A DNA stretch of 64,000 nucleotides. Source: an uncultured Pseudomonadota bacterium (GTDB lineage: Bacteria > Myxococcota_A > Polyangia > Fen-1088). This document shows, piece by piece, positions 18,754 through 29,644 of the stretch. The notes under the pieces were generated by a model. That model was not told the origin of the DNA and searched no databases. It saw only the letters and a list, made by a program, of their open reading frames with translations. The stretch is from contig CAWKBC010000032.1 in assembly GCA_963847705.1 (NCBI GenBank), forward strand, positions 192,001-256,000, written 5' to 3'. A program made the translations under genes and the position numbers. Position 1 is the first letter of the stretch. Every line of letters begins with the position of its first letter.

Positions 18754-20191
18754 GTGCGTTTCATCTCTTTTTGCGCCGCTGGACCGGCACTGGCCCTGAT
18801 GGCGGCGTCCATCCCTGCCTGTCATCGGGGCGCCGCGACGCCCGCCCAAGCCGACGTCGCGGCATACCGAGACGTCGCGCGCGGGATCGCCGCCGCCAAC
18901 CTCTCCGGCGAGGCCGCCTACCGGCGGGTTGCGGCGCTGGCCGACCAGTTCGGGCCGCGGATGACCGGCTCGCCGGCGCTGGAGCGGGCGATCGTCTGGG
19001 CGCACGACACCTTCGTCGCCGACGGGCAAGAGAACGTCGCGCTCGATCCGGTGCGCGTACCAATCTGGCAGCGCGGCAAGGAGTCGGCCGAGATCGTCAC
19101 CCCGGCGCCGCGGCGCCTGGCGGTGCTGGGGCTGGGCGGCACCGTCGCCACGCCGCCCGGCGGTCTGACCGCCGAGGTGGTGGCCGTCTCGTCGTTCGAC
19201 GAGCTGGCCAAGCTCGGCACGTCCGTGCGGGGGAAGATCGTCCTCTTCAACCACGCTTTCCCGGTGTCGGACAACGCCGCCGCCGGCTACGGCAAGTCGA
19301 TCCCCTACCGAACCGAGGGGGCGACGCGTGCGGCGGGCTTCGGCGCGGTCGCCGCGCTGGTGCGCTCGCTGGCGTCGGCCAGTCTCGGCGCGCCGCACAC
19401 CGGGCAGATGCACTACGGCCCAGGACCGCAAATCCCGACGGCGGCGCTCTCCGTCGAGGACGCCGCGCTGCTGGCGCGCCTCGCCGCGCGCGGGCCCGTC
19501 ACCGTCCACCTGGTCCTGGAAGACGGCGCCCGCCCGGACGCACCCTCTTTCAACGTGCTGGCCGAGCTGCGCGGCCGCGCGCAGCCGGAGGAGATCGTCG
19601 TCATCGGCGCGCACATCGATTCGTGGGACGTCGGCGAAGGGGCCCAGGACGACGGCGCCGGCGTAGCGATCGTCATGGAGTCGCTGGCGACCTTGCGGCG
19701 CCTCGGCCTCGTCCCGCGGCGGACCATCCGCGCGGTGCTCTACACCTCCGAAGAGGAAGGCGCCCAGGGCGGCAAGACCTACGCGGAGGCGCACGCCCAG
19801 GAGCTCTCCCACCACGTGGCCGCCTTCGAGACCGACGTGGGCGCCGGCACCCCGCTCGGCTTCCGGATCGACGCCGGGCCGCAGGCGGTCACCGAGGCGC
19901 GCGAGCTGGTCACGCTGCTGGCACCGCTGGGCGCCACGTCGATCGACACGGGGTTCTCGGGCGCCGACATCAACGCCCTGCGCCCGGCCGGCGTGCCGCT
20001 GCTGGGGCTGTTCTCCGAATCCGACACACTACTTCGACGTCCACCACTCCGCCGCCGACACGCTGGAGAAGATCGATCCGGCCGCGCTCGGCCGCAACGT
20101 CGCGGCGATGGCGACGATGGCCTACGTGGTGGCCGATCGCCCGACGCGCTGGCCGGTCTCGCCTCCGCCCCCGCCCGAGCACAAGCCGTGA
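18754..20191 (+). pseudogene. M28 peptidase (carboxypeptidase Q-like) with an apparent frameshift near 20026 (real or sequencing error)
   Basis: 'GAHIDSWD..GA.DD', 'EEEG..G'. The conserved end 'HYFDVHHSAADTLEKIDP' continues in another frame from 20027 to TGA 20189-20191. Confidence 0.8.
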
Positions 20192-20198
20192 CGCCGCC

Positions 20199-21344
20199 AT
20201 GACCGGGGCCGCTCCCGCGGACGCCGTGCAGGCCCGGGCGGCGTCGCGCCTGGTGGCGCTCGACTGGATGCGGGGCCTGGTCATGGTGCTGATGGCCATC
20301 GACCACAGCTCCGACGCCTTCAACGCCGGCCGGATGTTCACCGACGCCACCTTCCTGTGGCACCCGGGCACGCCGCTGCCGGCGGCGCAGTTCCTCACCC
20401 GCTGGATCACGCATTTGTGCGCGCCGACGTTTCTCTTTCTGGCCGGCACCAGCCTGGCTTTCACGGTGTCGCGCCAGGAGGCCAGCGGCGATCGGCCGGC
20501 CGCGATCGATCGCTACATCTTCGTGCGCGGCGTGGTGATCGCCGCCTTCGAGCTCTGGGTCTCGTTCTTCGTGATGGGCCACGGCCACTTCATCTTTCAG
20601 GTCCTCTACGGAATCGGCTCCGCCTACGTCCTCATGGTCCCGCTCCGGCGGCTGCCCGACCGCGCCGCGCCGATCGCGGCGCTGCTGCTGATCGCGACCA
20701 GTGAGCTCGTCGTCGGCGCGGCGACACGGAACGGCATGCCGACGTCGCTGTTGCCCAAGCTGCTGTTCACCGGCGGGTCTTACGGGCGCCTGCTCATCGC
20801 CTACCCGACCATCCACTGGCTGGCCCTCCTGCTGCTCGGGTGGTCCTGGGGCCGCCGCCTCGTCACCACCCCATCTGCCCGCGCCACCGCGGGCCGAGAC
20901 CTCGCGCGCGCCGGCGTCGCCGCGCTGGTGCTGTTCGCGGTCCTGCGCGGCATCGACGGCTACGGCAACATGCACCTCTTCCGCGATTCGCTGGCGCCGC
21001 TGCAGTGGCTGCACGTCAGCAAGTACCCGCCGTCGATCACCTACGACGCGCTGGAACTGGGACTCATGGCCCTGATCCTGGCCGCGATGTTCCGCCTCGC
21101 CGCCCTCCGCACACCCAGCCCCAACAGCCTCTTCATGGTCCTCGGCCAAACCCCGATGTTCTTCTACCTGCTGCACTTCCCCCTGCTCGTTCAGAGCGCG
21201 CGATTGCTCGGCGTCCAATCAAAGCTCGGACTCGGCGCCACCTACCTGGGCGCCACCGCCGTCATCGCAATCCTCTACCCCGTCTGCCGCTGGTACCGCG
21301 GCTACAAGGCGGCGCACAGAACCGGGTGGGCGCGTTTCGTGTGA
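20199..21344 (+). CDS. DUF1624 / heparan-alpha-glucosaminide N-acetyltransferase-like membrane protein
   Basis: 'RLVALDWMRGLVMVLMAIDH', 'TRWITHLCAPTF.FLAG', 'SKYPPS', 'PMFFYLLH'. Confidence 0.85.
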   Translation: MTGAAPADAVQARAASRLVALDWMRGLVMVLMAIDHSSDAFNAGRMFTDATFLWHPGTPLPAAQFLTRWITHLCAPTFLFLAGTSLAFTVSRQEASGDRPAAIDRYIFVRGVVIAAFELWVSFFVMGHGHFIFQVLYGIGSAYVLMVPLRRLPDRAAPIAALLLIATSELVVGAATRNGMPTSLLPKLLFTGGSYGRLLIAYPTIHWLALLLLGWSWGRRLVTTPSARATAGRDLARAGVAALVLFAVLRGIDGYGNMHLFRDSLAPLQWLHVSKYPPSITYDALELGLMALILAAMFRLAALRTPSPNSLFMVLGQTPMFFYLLHFPLLVQSARLLGVQSKLGLGATYLGATAVIAILYPVCRWYRGYKAAHRTGWARFV

Positions 21345-21389
21345 GCCAAGCGCACCCTCGTTCGAGGCAACGCACGTGCTGCTCTTATT

Positions 21390-21516
21390 GCGTTATCCAG
21401 CAAGCGTTCGTGACTGAGTCAATGCTCCCAGCCGTAACAACGCGAGATCGCTCAAACCGTTGGGTTCCCAGCTTGCTGGAACAACAGGTATGCTATCTGC
21501 TTAATAGGAGTTATGC
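21390..21516 (+). other. Putative attI-like region at the head of the array
   Basis: Ends in core site GTTATGC (21510-21516) with no attC hairpin upstream; inverted repeat TCCAGCAAGC (21396-21405) / GCTTGCTGGA (21471-21480). Confidence 0.45.
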
Positions 21517-21525
21517 GGAGCTGGG

Positions 21526-22032
21526 ATGAAGCCGCGGACAGCTGAACTCGACCCCTCGAAGCTCGACGAAGCGTCGCGCCGGGTGCTCGCGGCGTTCAAG
21601 GACCATCCGACTGGACATGTCGCGAACCTGTTGATGGAAGAGCGCGCCGCCGGAAGGTGGTGCCTCCGCGTTACAATTCCATCACCTACGGGCGATCGTC
21701 GACGCCGACTTGCGATCTGGCTCGACGAGAACTCCGTTCCGACGCTGGAGTTCGGCGGGTGGCACTCTCATGCCGATCTTTGGGACCCCGACCCGGACGT
21801 AGGCCTACGCCGGATGCTGGACTACCTGGAACGCATCACCGATGGGGAGGTCGTGCTCGCCGAGCTGCCGACCATCGCCGACGGAATGCCGTATCGAGTC
21901 GTTGACCTCCTAGATAGGCAAGAAATCCTTGACGAACTCACGGCCCCGACGATTCCGAGCGACATGAAGCTGTTATCCTGGTCAGGTGCTGAAGATGCGG
22001 TCCTCAGTGACCTGCGCGAGGGGCCCGCATAA
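21526..22032 (+). CDS. Hypothetical protein, cassette 1
   Basis: 168-aa ORF starting 15 nt into the cassette; its TAA lies inside the attC R'' box. Confidence 0.7.
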   Translation: MKPRTAELDPSKLDEASRRVLAAFKDHPTGHVANLLMEERAAGRWCLRVTIPSPTGDRRRRLAIWLDENSVPTLEFGGWHSHADLWDPDPDVGLRRMLDYLERITDGEVVLAELPTIADGMPYRVVDLLDRQEILDELTAPTIPSDMKLLSWSGAEDAVLSDLREGPA

Positions 22033-22088
22033 CCTGGCGTTGAACCCGACGGGCCTTCGGCCCGCGGGTTAACGCCACGACGTTAGCC
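22027..22088 (+). other. attC recombination site (intact, 62 bp)
   Basis: R'' GCATAAC; L'' CGTT(G)AAC; stem CCG(A)CGGGCC-TTC-GGCCCGCGG; L' GTTAACG; R' GTTAGCC; two extrahelical bases. Confidence 0.88.
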
Positions 22089-22103
22089 AGGCGGAACGAC
22101 GGA

Positions 22104-22646
22104 ATGGGGCACACGCAGGGTCCTTCGGTCGGTCCGCCGCGCCCGCCTCTACGGCGGTGGCTGCAGATGCTTGCGCTCGGCTCCCTTGCCTTCACTGCCT
22201 GTAAATCCGTTCGACCGTTTTCGGCCGGGTACCTCGATCGCAGCGTAGCTGGCGCGACCGACTTCCCGCTAGCTATCGACCCGGCTCGCATCGGAACCTT
22301 CCCAGGGCAGACGAAGTCAGGCGCCGGATACTTCTACGATGAGGTTCTCGAGTACCGCGTCTGGCTGCATCCTGAGCGGGGAGCTCGACGATTGGCCGGC
22401 GAAGCGGACTACTACGCAGCCTTCGCGCGCTATGAGACCGCGCTGGAATATTCGACGCATACGGCCGGCGCCGAAAAGCCCCTGGTGCTCATCCGTCAAC
22501 GTGAATCTGTGAACGAACCGACGCCTGGAACCTTCACCTGGGAGAAGACCGAGCGAATAGCGGAATGGCAGACTCAGTGGCTGGAGGGCTCCGTCCGCGG
22601 ACCCAGCAGCATTGCAGACTTTCTCGCGAAGCACCGCAAGAGGTAG
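22104..22646 (+). CDS. Conserved hypothetical lipoprotein-like protein, cassette 2
   Basis: Lipobox-like AFTAC; motif 'GY..DEVLEYRVW.HPERGA......DYY.AF..YE.AL', which I recall from a family often loosely annotated as GCN5-related. Confidence 0.65.
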   Translation: MGHTQGPSVGPPRPPLRRWLQMLALGSLAFTACKSVRPFSAGYLDRSVAGATDFPLAIDPARIGTFPGQTKSGAGYFYDEVLEYRVWLHPERGARRLAGEADYYAAFARYETALEYSTHTAGAEKPLVLIRQRESVNEPTPGTFTWEKTERIAEWQTQWLEGSVRGPSSIADFLAKHRKR

Positions 22647-22681
22647 AACGCCTGCGTGCCACCTGAGCATTTCGATGACGT

Positions 22682-22766
22682 GAGCAACCGGCCGTTGCAG
22701 ACGGACGGGCGGGTCGGTCGCTGCGCTCCCTCTCGCGCCCGCGGTTGAACGGCAGTATCGTCGGCA
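22682..22766 (+). other. Degenerate attC site
   Basis: GAGCAAC...GCCGTT(G)CAGACGG...GGTTGAACGGC AGTATC GTCGGCA; the GTT core is mutated to GTC. Confidence 0.65.
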
Positions 22767-22770
22767 GAGC

Positions 22771-23337
22771 GTGACGACCGCGGACTCGTTGGATGCGTGT
22801 GATGATCCCGTGCGGATCCGGAGGGCGACACTTGCCGACGTTCCGGCCATCAGGCCGCTCATTGCGACATCCGCGCGAATACTCGGCGCGGGCGACTACA
22901 CTGGCGAGCAGATCGAGGCGGCTCTCCTTGGTGTATGGGGTGTGGATACCGAGATCATTCGAGATGGGACCTACTTCGTGGGAGAGGTGGACAACGAACT
23001 GGTTCTTTGCGGAGGCTGGGGTCTTCGTGCCACGTTGTTCGGAGGCGATGCGTACGTCCAGCGTGAGTCACGACTGCTCGACCCGCGCACAGAGGCGGCG
23101 CGGATCCGCGCGTTCTTCGTTCATCCGAACTGGGCAAGGCGAGGCTTGGGCAGTCGCCTCCTCACATTGTGCGAACGTGAGGCGAGGGCCACGGGATTTG
23201 TTGTCACCGAGCTTGTCGCGACATTGCCCGGAGAGCGGCTCTACGCTCGGCACGGGTATGTTGCGACTGGGCGACGCAGCGACACGCTGCCCGGAAGCGT
23301 CAGCATCGACTCTGTTCCGATGCGCAAAACGTTCTGA
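22771..23337 (+). CDS. GNAT N-acetyltransferase, cassette 3
   Basis: 'IRRATLADVPAI', 'ARIRAFFVHPNWARRGLGSRLL..CE', 'ATLPGERLY...GY'. Confidence 0.88.
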   Translation: MTTADSLDACDDPVRIRRATLADVPAIRPLIATSARILGAGDYTGEQIEAALLGVWGVDTEIIRDGTYFVGEVDNELVLCGGWGLRATLFGGDAYVQRESRLLDPRTEAARIRAFFVHPNWARRGLGSRLLTLCEREARATGFVVTELVATLPGERLYARHGYVATGRRSDTLPGSVSIDSVPMRKTF

Positions 23338-23351
23338 CCCGCGTGCGCCGG

Positions 23352-23450
23352 GTCTGCCCATCTCGGAATTGCAGCGGACGACTACGGTGTCCAGGGACAT
23401 CGTTGACGCCGTTCGGTTCGCGGCGCCCAAGTTAATCAGCTGTACACTCG
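23352..23450 (+). other. Heavily decayed or hybrid attC remnant
   Basis: GTCTGCCCATC-TCGGAATTGCAGCGGACG resembles an attC left arm and roughly mirrors the cassette start G|TCGGCAGA; the right arm does not pair cleanly. Confidence 0.45.
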
Positions 23451-23457
23451 ACGACCG

Positions 23458-23700
23458 ATGACAGCTGTCTCCGTACGCCGCGCGGCACCCGAGGACGCCG
23501 AGGCTGCCGTCGCGGTCGTCCGTGAGTCGATCACCCGGCTCTGCGTCGCCGACCACCAGAACGATCCGGTCACGCTCGAGTCCTGGCTTCAGAACAAGAC
23601 GGTCGACAACTTTGCTCGCTGGCTCGCCAGCGGGGACAACCATCTGGTCGTCTCGGTGCTCGACTCGATGATTGCCGGCATCGCTCTGCTTCCCCTATGA
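23458..23700 (+). pseudogene. 3'-truncated GNAT acetyltransferase (80 aa)
   Basis: 'VRRAAPEDAEA...VVRESITRLC.ADH.ND...L..WL.NKT' is a GNAT N-terminus; the ORF stops before the acetyl-CoA-binding motif A. Confidence 0.65.
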
Positions 23701-23730
23701 GAAGGCCATCCTTCCCCTGCCGAGGTAGCC

Positions 23731-23925
23731 ATGGATGATGCGGACTTCGAAGGGACGCTGGTTCTGGAACAGCTGGCGGCCATCGGGAAGGTGGAGGACT
23801 TCTTCGACGCCGTCGACTCCGACGACGTCGAGCGGGCCACGGCGCTGATGAAGAGAGCCAAGCTGGACGCCGCCACCATCGCGACCGTGGTCCGCAAGAT
23901 GGAGGAGAGCGACGGCGAGCACTGA
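23731..23925 (+). CDS. Small acidic hypothetical protein
   Basis: 64 aa, host-like codon usage, SD GAGG. Confidence 0.65.
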   Translation: MDDADFEGTLVLEQLAAIGKVEDFFDAVDSDDVERATALMKRAKLDAATIATVVRKMEESDGEH

Positions 23926-23954
23926 CCGTTCGTCGGCTGGCTCCCTTCTGCTGG

Positions 23955-24605
23955 CTACTGCTGCGCCGCGAGCTGCCGGATATCGGCGACCTCGAGCACG
24001 GGCTTGGGCGCACCGAAGCGGACCGCGTTGATCATGGCGCGCCCCACATCCGAGAGCCGCATGCCCGGGAAGAACAGATTGAGCAGTGGATAGATCACCA
24101 CCAGCAGGCGGCCGCCCTTGATGTTCTTCTGGCCGGCCGTCGGCTTCATGAGCGACGGCCGAAAGTTGTAGACGCCCTTGAAGGGCAGACGAATGAGCGC
24201 GTTTTCCGCCTTGCCCTTCACGCGCGCCCACATCACCTTGCCCCGCTCGGTGCCGTCGGTGTGGGCGCCCGAGACGTGCACCAGGACCATGCCTGGATTC
24301 AGGCGCAGCAAGCTGGTCGCGAACGCGACCGGCGTATCGTAGGTCACGACGGTGTAGTCCGCTTCGCTCATTCCGACCGAGCTGATCCCGGCGCAATAGA
24401 AGCAGGCGTCGTAGCCGGTGAGCGCCGGCTCCACCGCGCTCACGTCTCGAAAGTCTGGCACCAGGAGCTCGCTCAGCTTGGGGTGCGTTCGGCCGGACGC
24501 GCGACGCGAGACCGACAACACACGCTCGACGAGCGGGTTCTCCAGGCATTCGAGCAGCACGCCTTCGCCGACCATACCCGTGGCACCGGTCAGGATGACC
24601 TTCAT
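23955..24605 (-). CDS. NAD(P)-binding epimerase/atypical SDR family protein
   Basis: 'VILTGATGMVG', 'YDACFYCAG', 'MWARVKGKAEN', 'FRP'. Confidence 0.88.
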   Translation of the reverse strand: MKVILTGATGMVGEGVLLECLENPLVERVLSVSRRASGRTHPKLSELLVPDFRDVSAVEPALTGYDACFYCAGISSVGMSEADYTVVTYDTPVAFATSLLRLNPGMVLVHVSGAHTDGTERGKVMWARVKGKAENALIRLPFKGVYNFRPSLMKPTAGQKNIKGGRLLVVIYPLLNLFFPGMRLSDVGRAMINAVRFGAPKPVLEVADIRQLAAQQ

Positions 24606-24691
24606 GGTCGCAGTCTAGTCGCGACCCGGAGGCAAAACACCCGCGGGGTCGCCCCCTGCCCCGGGCTCACAGAGACCGGGCGAATCCAGAC

Positions 24692-25303
24692 TCACGGACG
24701 CTCTGATCGAGCTGCGCGCCTGCGCATCAGCCGGCGCAGCGGCTCGTCGAGCAGGTTGACCAGGTATCCGACCAGCGCCCGCTTGGGCGCGATCAGGCTG
24801 ATGACCATCGTCACCACCGCGGCCACGATCAAGATCGACAGGCTGGTCCGCGCCTTTCGCGCCACGCTCGGCTCGATTGACTCGAGCGAAATCATGCGCA
24901 GAGCGGTGACCGCCATCAGAATGATCACCACCGCGTAGCCCCACACCGCCGGAACGAACGAGGGGTATCGCCCGACCACCATGGTGGTGAAAGGGACGAA
25001 GGTGGTGAGCAAAAGGTTGACCAGCGCCGTGCGCGTGTACCGGTCGTTGACCTCCTCGCCGCGGGGCGAGCTGCGCACGATCCCGAACCAGCGAAGCCCC
25101 AGCACGTAGAAGCTGACGACGTACACCAGCGCCTGATTGCCCAGCGCCGCAAGGCCGTGGACGAGCTCCCGTCCGTCGCGGGGGTGGAAGCCCTCCGGCA
25201 ACCGGAGGTCGATCACCAACAACGTCATGGCCACGGCAAACACGCCGTCCGTGAGCGCGTCCAGACGCAGCTTGGGAATTGCGGCGTGTGCCTTCGGTGT
25301 CAT
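24692..25303 (-). CDS. TMEM175 (DUF1211) family K+ channel-like protein
   Basis: 'RLDALTDGVFAVAMTLLVIDL', 'YVVSF....W', 'PFTT'. Confidence 0.85.
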   Translation of the reverse strand: MTPKAHAAIPKLRLDALTDGVFAVAMTLLVIDLRLPEGFHPRDGRELVHGLAALGNQALVYVVSFYVLGLRWFGIVRSSPRGEEVNDRYTRTALVNLLLTTFVPFTTMVVGRYPSFVPAVWGYAVVIILMAVTALRMISLESIEPSVARKARTSLSILIVAAVVTMVISLIAPKRALVGYLVNLLDEPLRRLMRRRAARSERP

Positions 25304-25398
25304 TCCGGCCCGACGGCCGGACCTTACCACTGGTGCGGCCCCCGACGGCCGCAGCCCCGCGACGACCTCGGCCCCCCGCTCCAGGAGGGCGAGGTTGG

Positions 25399-26703
25399 TC
25401 AGGCGCGCGGCGCGGCGGCGGCCTCTGCGCAGGCCGCCGCGCGGGCCAGCAGCAGCGCGCGCTCGCGGGCGTTCTGGGTGAGCGCGGCGGCGCGTTCCAG
25501 CTCGGCGCGCGCCTCGTCGAAGCGCCCCAGCTTGGTGAGAAAATCGCCGCGCACGCTCGGCAAGAGGTGGTAGCCGGCCAGCGCCGGATTGTCCTTGAGC
25601 GTGTCGAGCACCTTCAAGCCGGCTTCGGGACCGAACAGCATCGCCAGCGCGATGGCGCGATTGAGCTCCACGATCGGGGACGGCGCGACCTCGCCCAGGG
25701 TGCCGTAGAGGCCGGCGATGCGCGCCCAGTCGGTGTCGGCGGCGGTCCGCGCGCGGGCGTGGCAGGCGGCCAGCGCGGCCTGCAGCGCGTAGGGACCGCG
25801 CGCGCCGCCGAGCGCCTCGGCCCGCTCCAGCGCCGTGAGGCCGCGGCGGATCGAGAGCTGATCCCAGCGCGAACGGTCCTGCTCGAGCAACAGGATCGGC
25901 TCTCCGGTCGGCCCCCGCCGGGCGTGCGCGCGCGAGGCCTGGATCTCCATCAGCGCGACGAGGCCGTGCACCTCGGGCTCGTCGGGCGCCAGCCCCGCCA
26001 GCACGCGCCCCAGGCGGAGCGCGTCCTCACACAGCTCGGGGCGCATCCAGTCGTCGCCCGCCGTGGCCGCGTAGCCTTCATTGAAGATGAGGTAGATGAC
26101 CTCCAGCACCGAGGCCAGCCGCGCCACCCGGTCGGCGCCGCGCGGGACCTCGAAGGGGACCTGCGCCTCGCCGAGAGTCTTCTTGGCACGGACGATCCGC
26201 TGCGCGATGGTCGGCTCTGGAACCAAGAAGGCGCGCGCGATCTCGGCGGTGGTCAAGCCGCCCAACAGGCGCAGCGTCATCGCCACCCGCGCCTCGGCCG
26301 ACAGCACCGGATGGCAGGCGGTGAAGATCAGGCGCAGCAGATCATCCCCCAGGTTCTCCTCGTCGAGATCGCGCTCGATGCGCGCCTCCAGCTCGGCCCC
26401 TCGCTCCTCCTGCCCCGACGCGACGGCGCGCGCCAGCTCCTCGTGCTTGCCGAGGAGCAGCTTGTCGCGCCGGAGCTCGTCGATGGCGCGGTGTTTGGCG
26501 GTGGTCATCAGCCAGGCGCCCGGGTTCTCCGGAACGCCCGACTCCGGCCACCGCTCGAGCGCCGCCACCAGCGCGTCCTGCGCCAGCTCCTCGGCGAGAC
26601 CGACGTCGCGCACCAGGCGCGCCAGCCCCGCGTAGAGCTTGGGCGACTCAATCCGCCACAGCGCCTCGATCCGGCGCCGCACCTCGTCCGCGGGGACGGT
26701 CAC
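25399..26703 (-). CDS. ECF sigma factor with long C-terminal TPR-like extension (ECF42-type)
   Basis: 'LAEELAQDA..AALE.WP..G.P.NPGAWL', 'DDLLRLIFTACHP', 'YLIFNEGY', 'GPYALQAA.AACH'. Confidence 0.9.
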   Translation of the reverse strand: MTVPADEVRRRIEALWRIESPKLYAGLARLVRDVGLAEELAQDALVAALERWPESGVPENPGAWLMTTAKHRAIDELRRDKLLLGKHEELARAVASGQEERGAELEARIERDLDEENLGDDLLRLIFTACHPVLSAEARVAMTLRLLGGLTTAEIARAFLVPEPTIAQRIVRAKKTLGEAQVPFEVPRGADRVARLASVLEVIYLIFNEGYAATAGDDWMRPELCEDALRLGRVLAGLAPDEPEVHGLVALMEIQASRAHARRGPTGEPILLLEQDRSRWDQLSIRRGLTALERAEALGGARGPYALQAALAACHARARTAADTDWARIAGLYGTLGEVAPSPIVELNRAIALAMLFGPEAGLKVLDTLKDNPALAGYHLLPSVRGDFLTKLGRFDEARAELERAAALTQNARERALLLARAAACAEAAAAPRA

Positions 26704-26885
26704 ATGCAGCAGGAGTCGAAGTAGCGGCACTCCGGGCACTGGTAGTGCGCCTTGACCGGCAGCATCTTGACCCGGCGGCCGCGCCCGGCACACACGGGGC
26801 ATTCCGTATCGGGGTCGATGGCGCAGGCGGGGAGTCCCGGCTCGGCTTTGACATCGCGGAGGTCACAATCGCGGGTGTCGGGCAT
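26700..26885 (-). CDS. Small Cys-rich zinc-finger protein (61 aa)
   Basis: CPVC...HYQCPEC.YFDSCCM*; its stop overlaps the sigma-factor GTG; ATG lies 6 nt after TATGCT. Confidence 0.7.
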   Translation of the reverse strand: MPDTRDCDLRDVKAEPGLPACAIDPDTECPVCAGRGRRVKMLPVKAHYQCPECRYFDSCCM

Positions 26886-27082
26886 GGGCCGAGCATACCC
26901 GAACCCCACCCCACCGACCGAGGCATCAGCGGTCGCCACAGACCAGCCCAGGCGCCGCGCCTTCAGCGTTCGGTCGCGGACGTTCGATTTTTGACACCTC
27001 CGGGCGGCGCCCTGCGTCGTTCATCAAATCCAGACAAAACCGAAACCCGGACGACCCCCCCCATATGGTGGAATCACCGCCA

Positions 27083-29620
<2,538 letters not shown>

Positions 29621-29644
29621 GGCCTGGTAAGGTCCCCCTCCTCC

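Larger units (their letters stand above)
21345..23700 (+). mobile_element. Integron gene-cassette array without integrase (CALIN), partly decayed
   Basis: Visibly lower-GC stretch with short co-oriented ORFs separated by attC-like palindromes; cassette 1 ends are complementary (GTTATGC/GCATAAC). Confidence 0.8.

Noticed and set aside
17682-21344. 1220-aa ORF suggesting a giant fusion protein
   Set aside because: Only the part from ATG 20199 is protein-like (DUF1624). The rest is an Arg-rich off-frame shadow of the GH30 and M28 genes.
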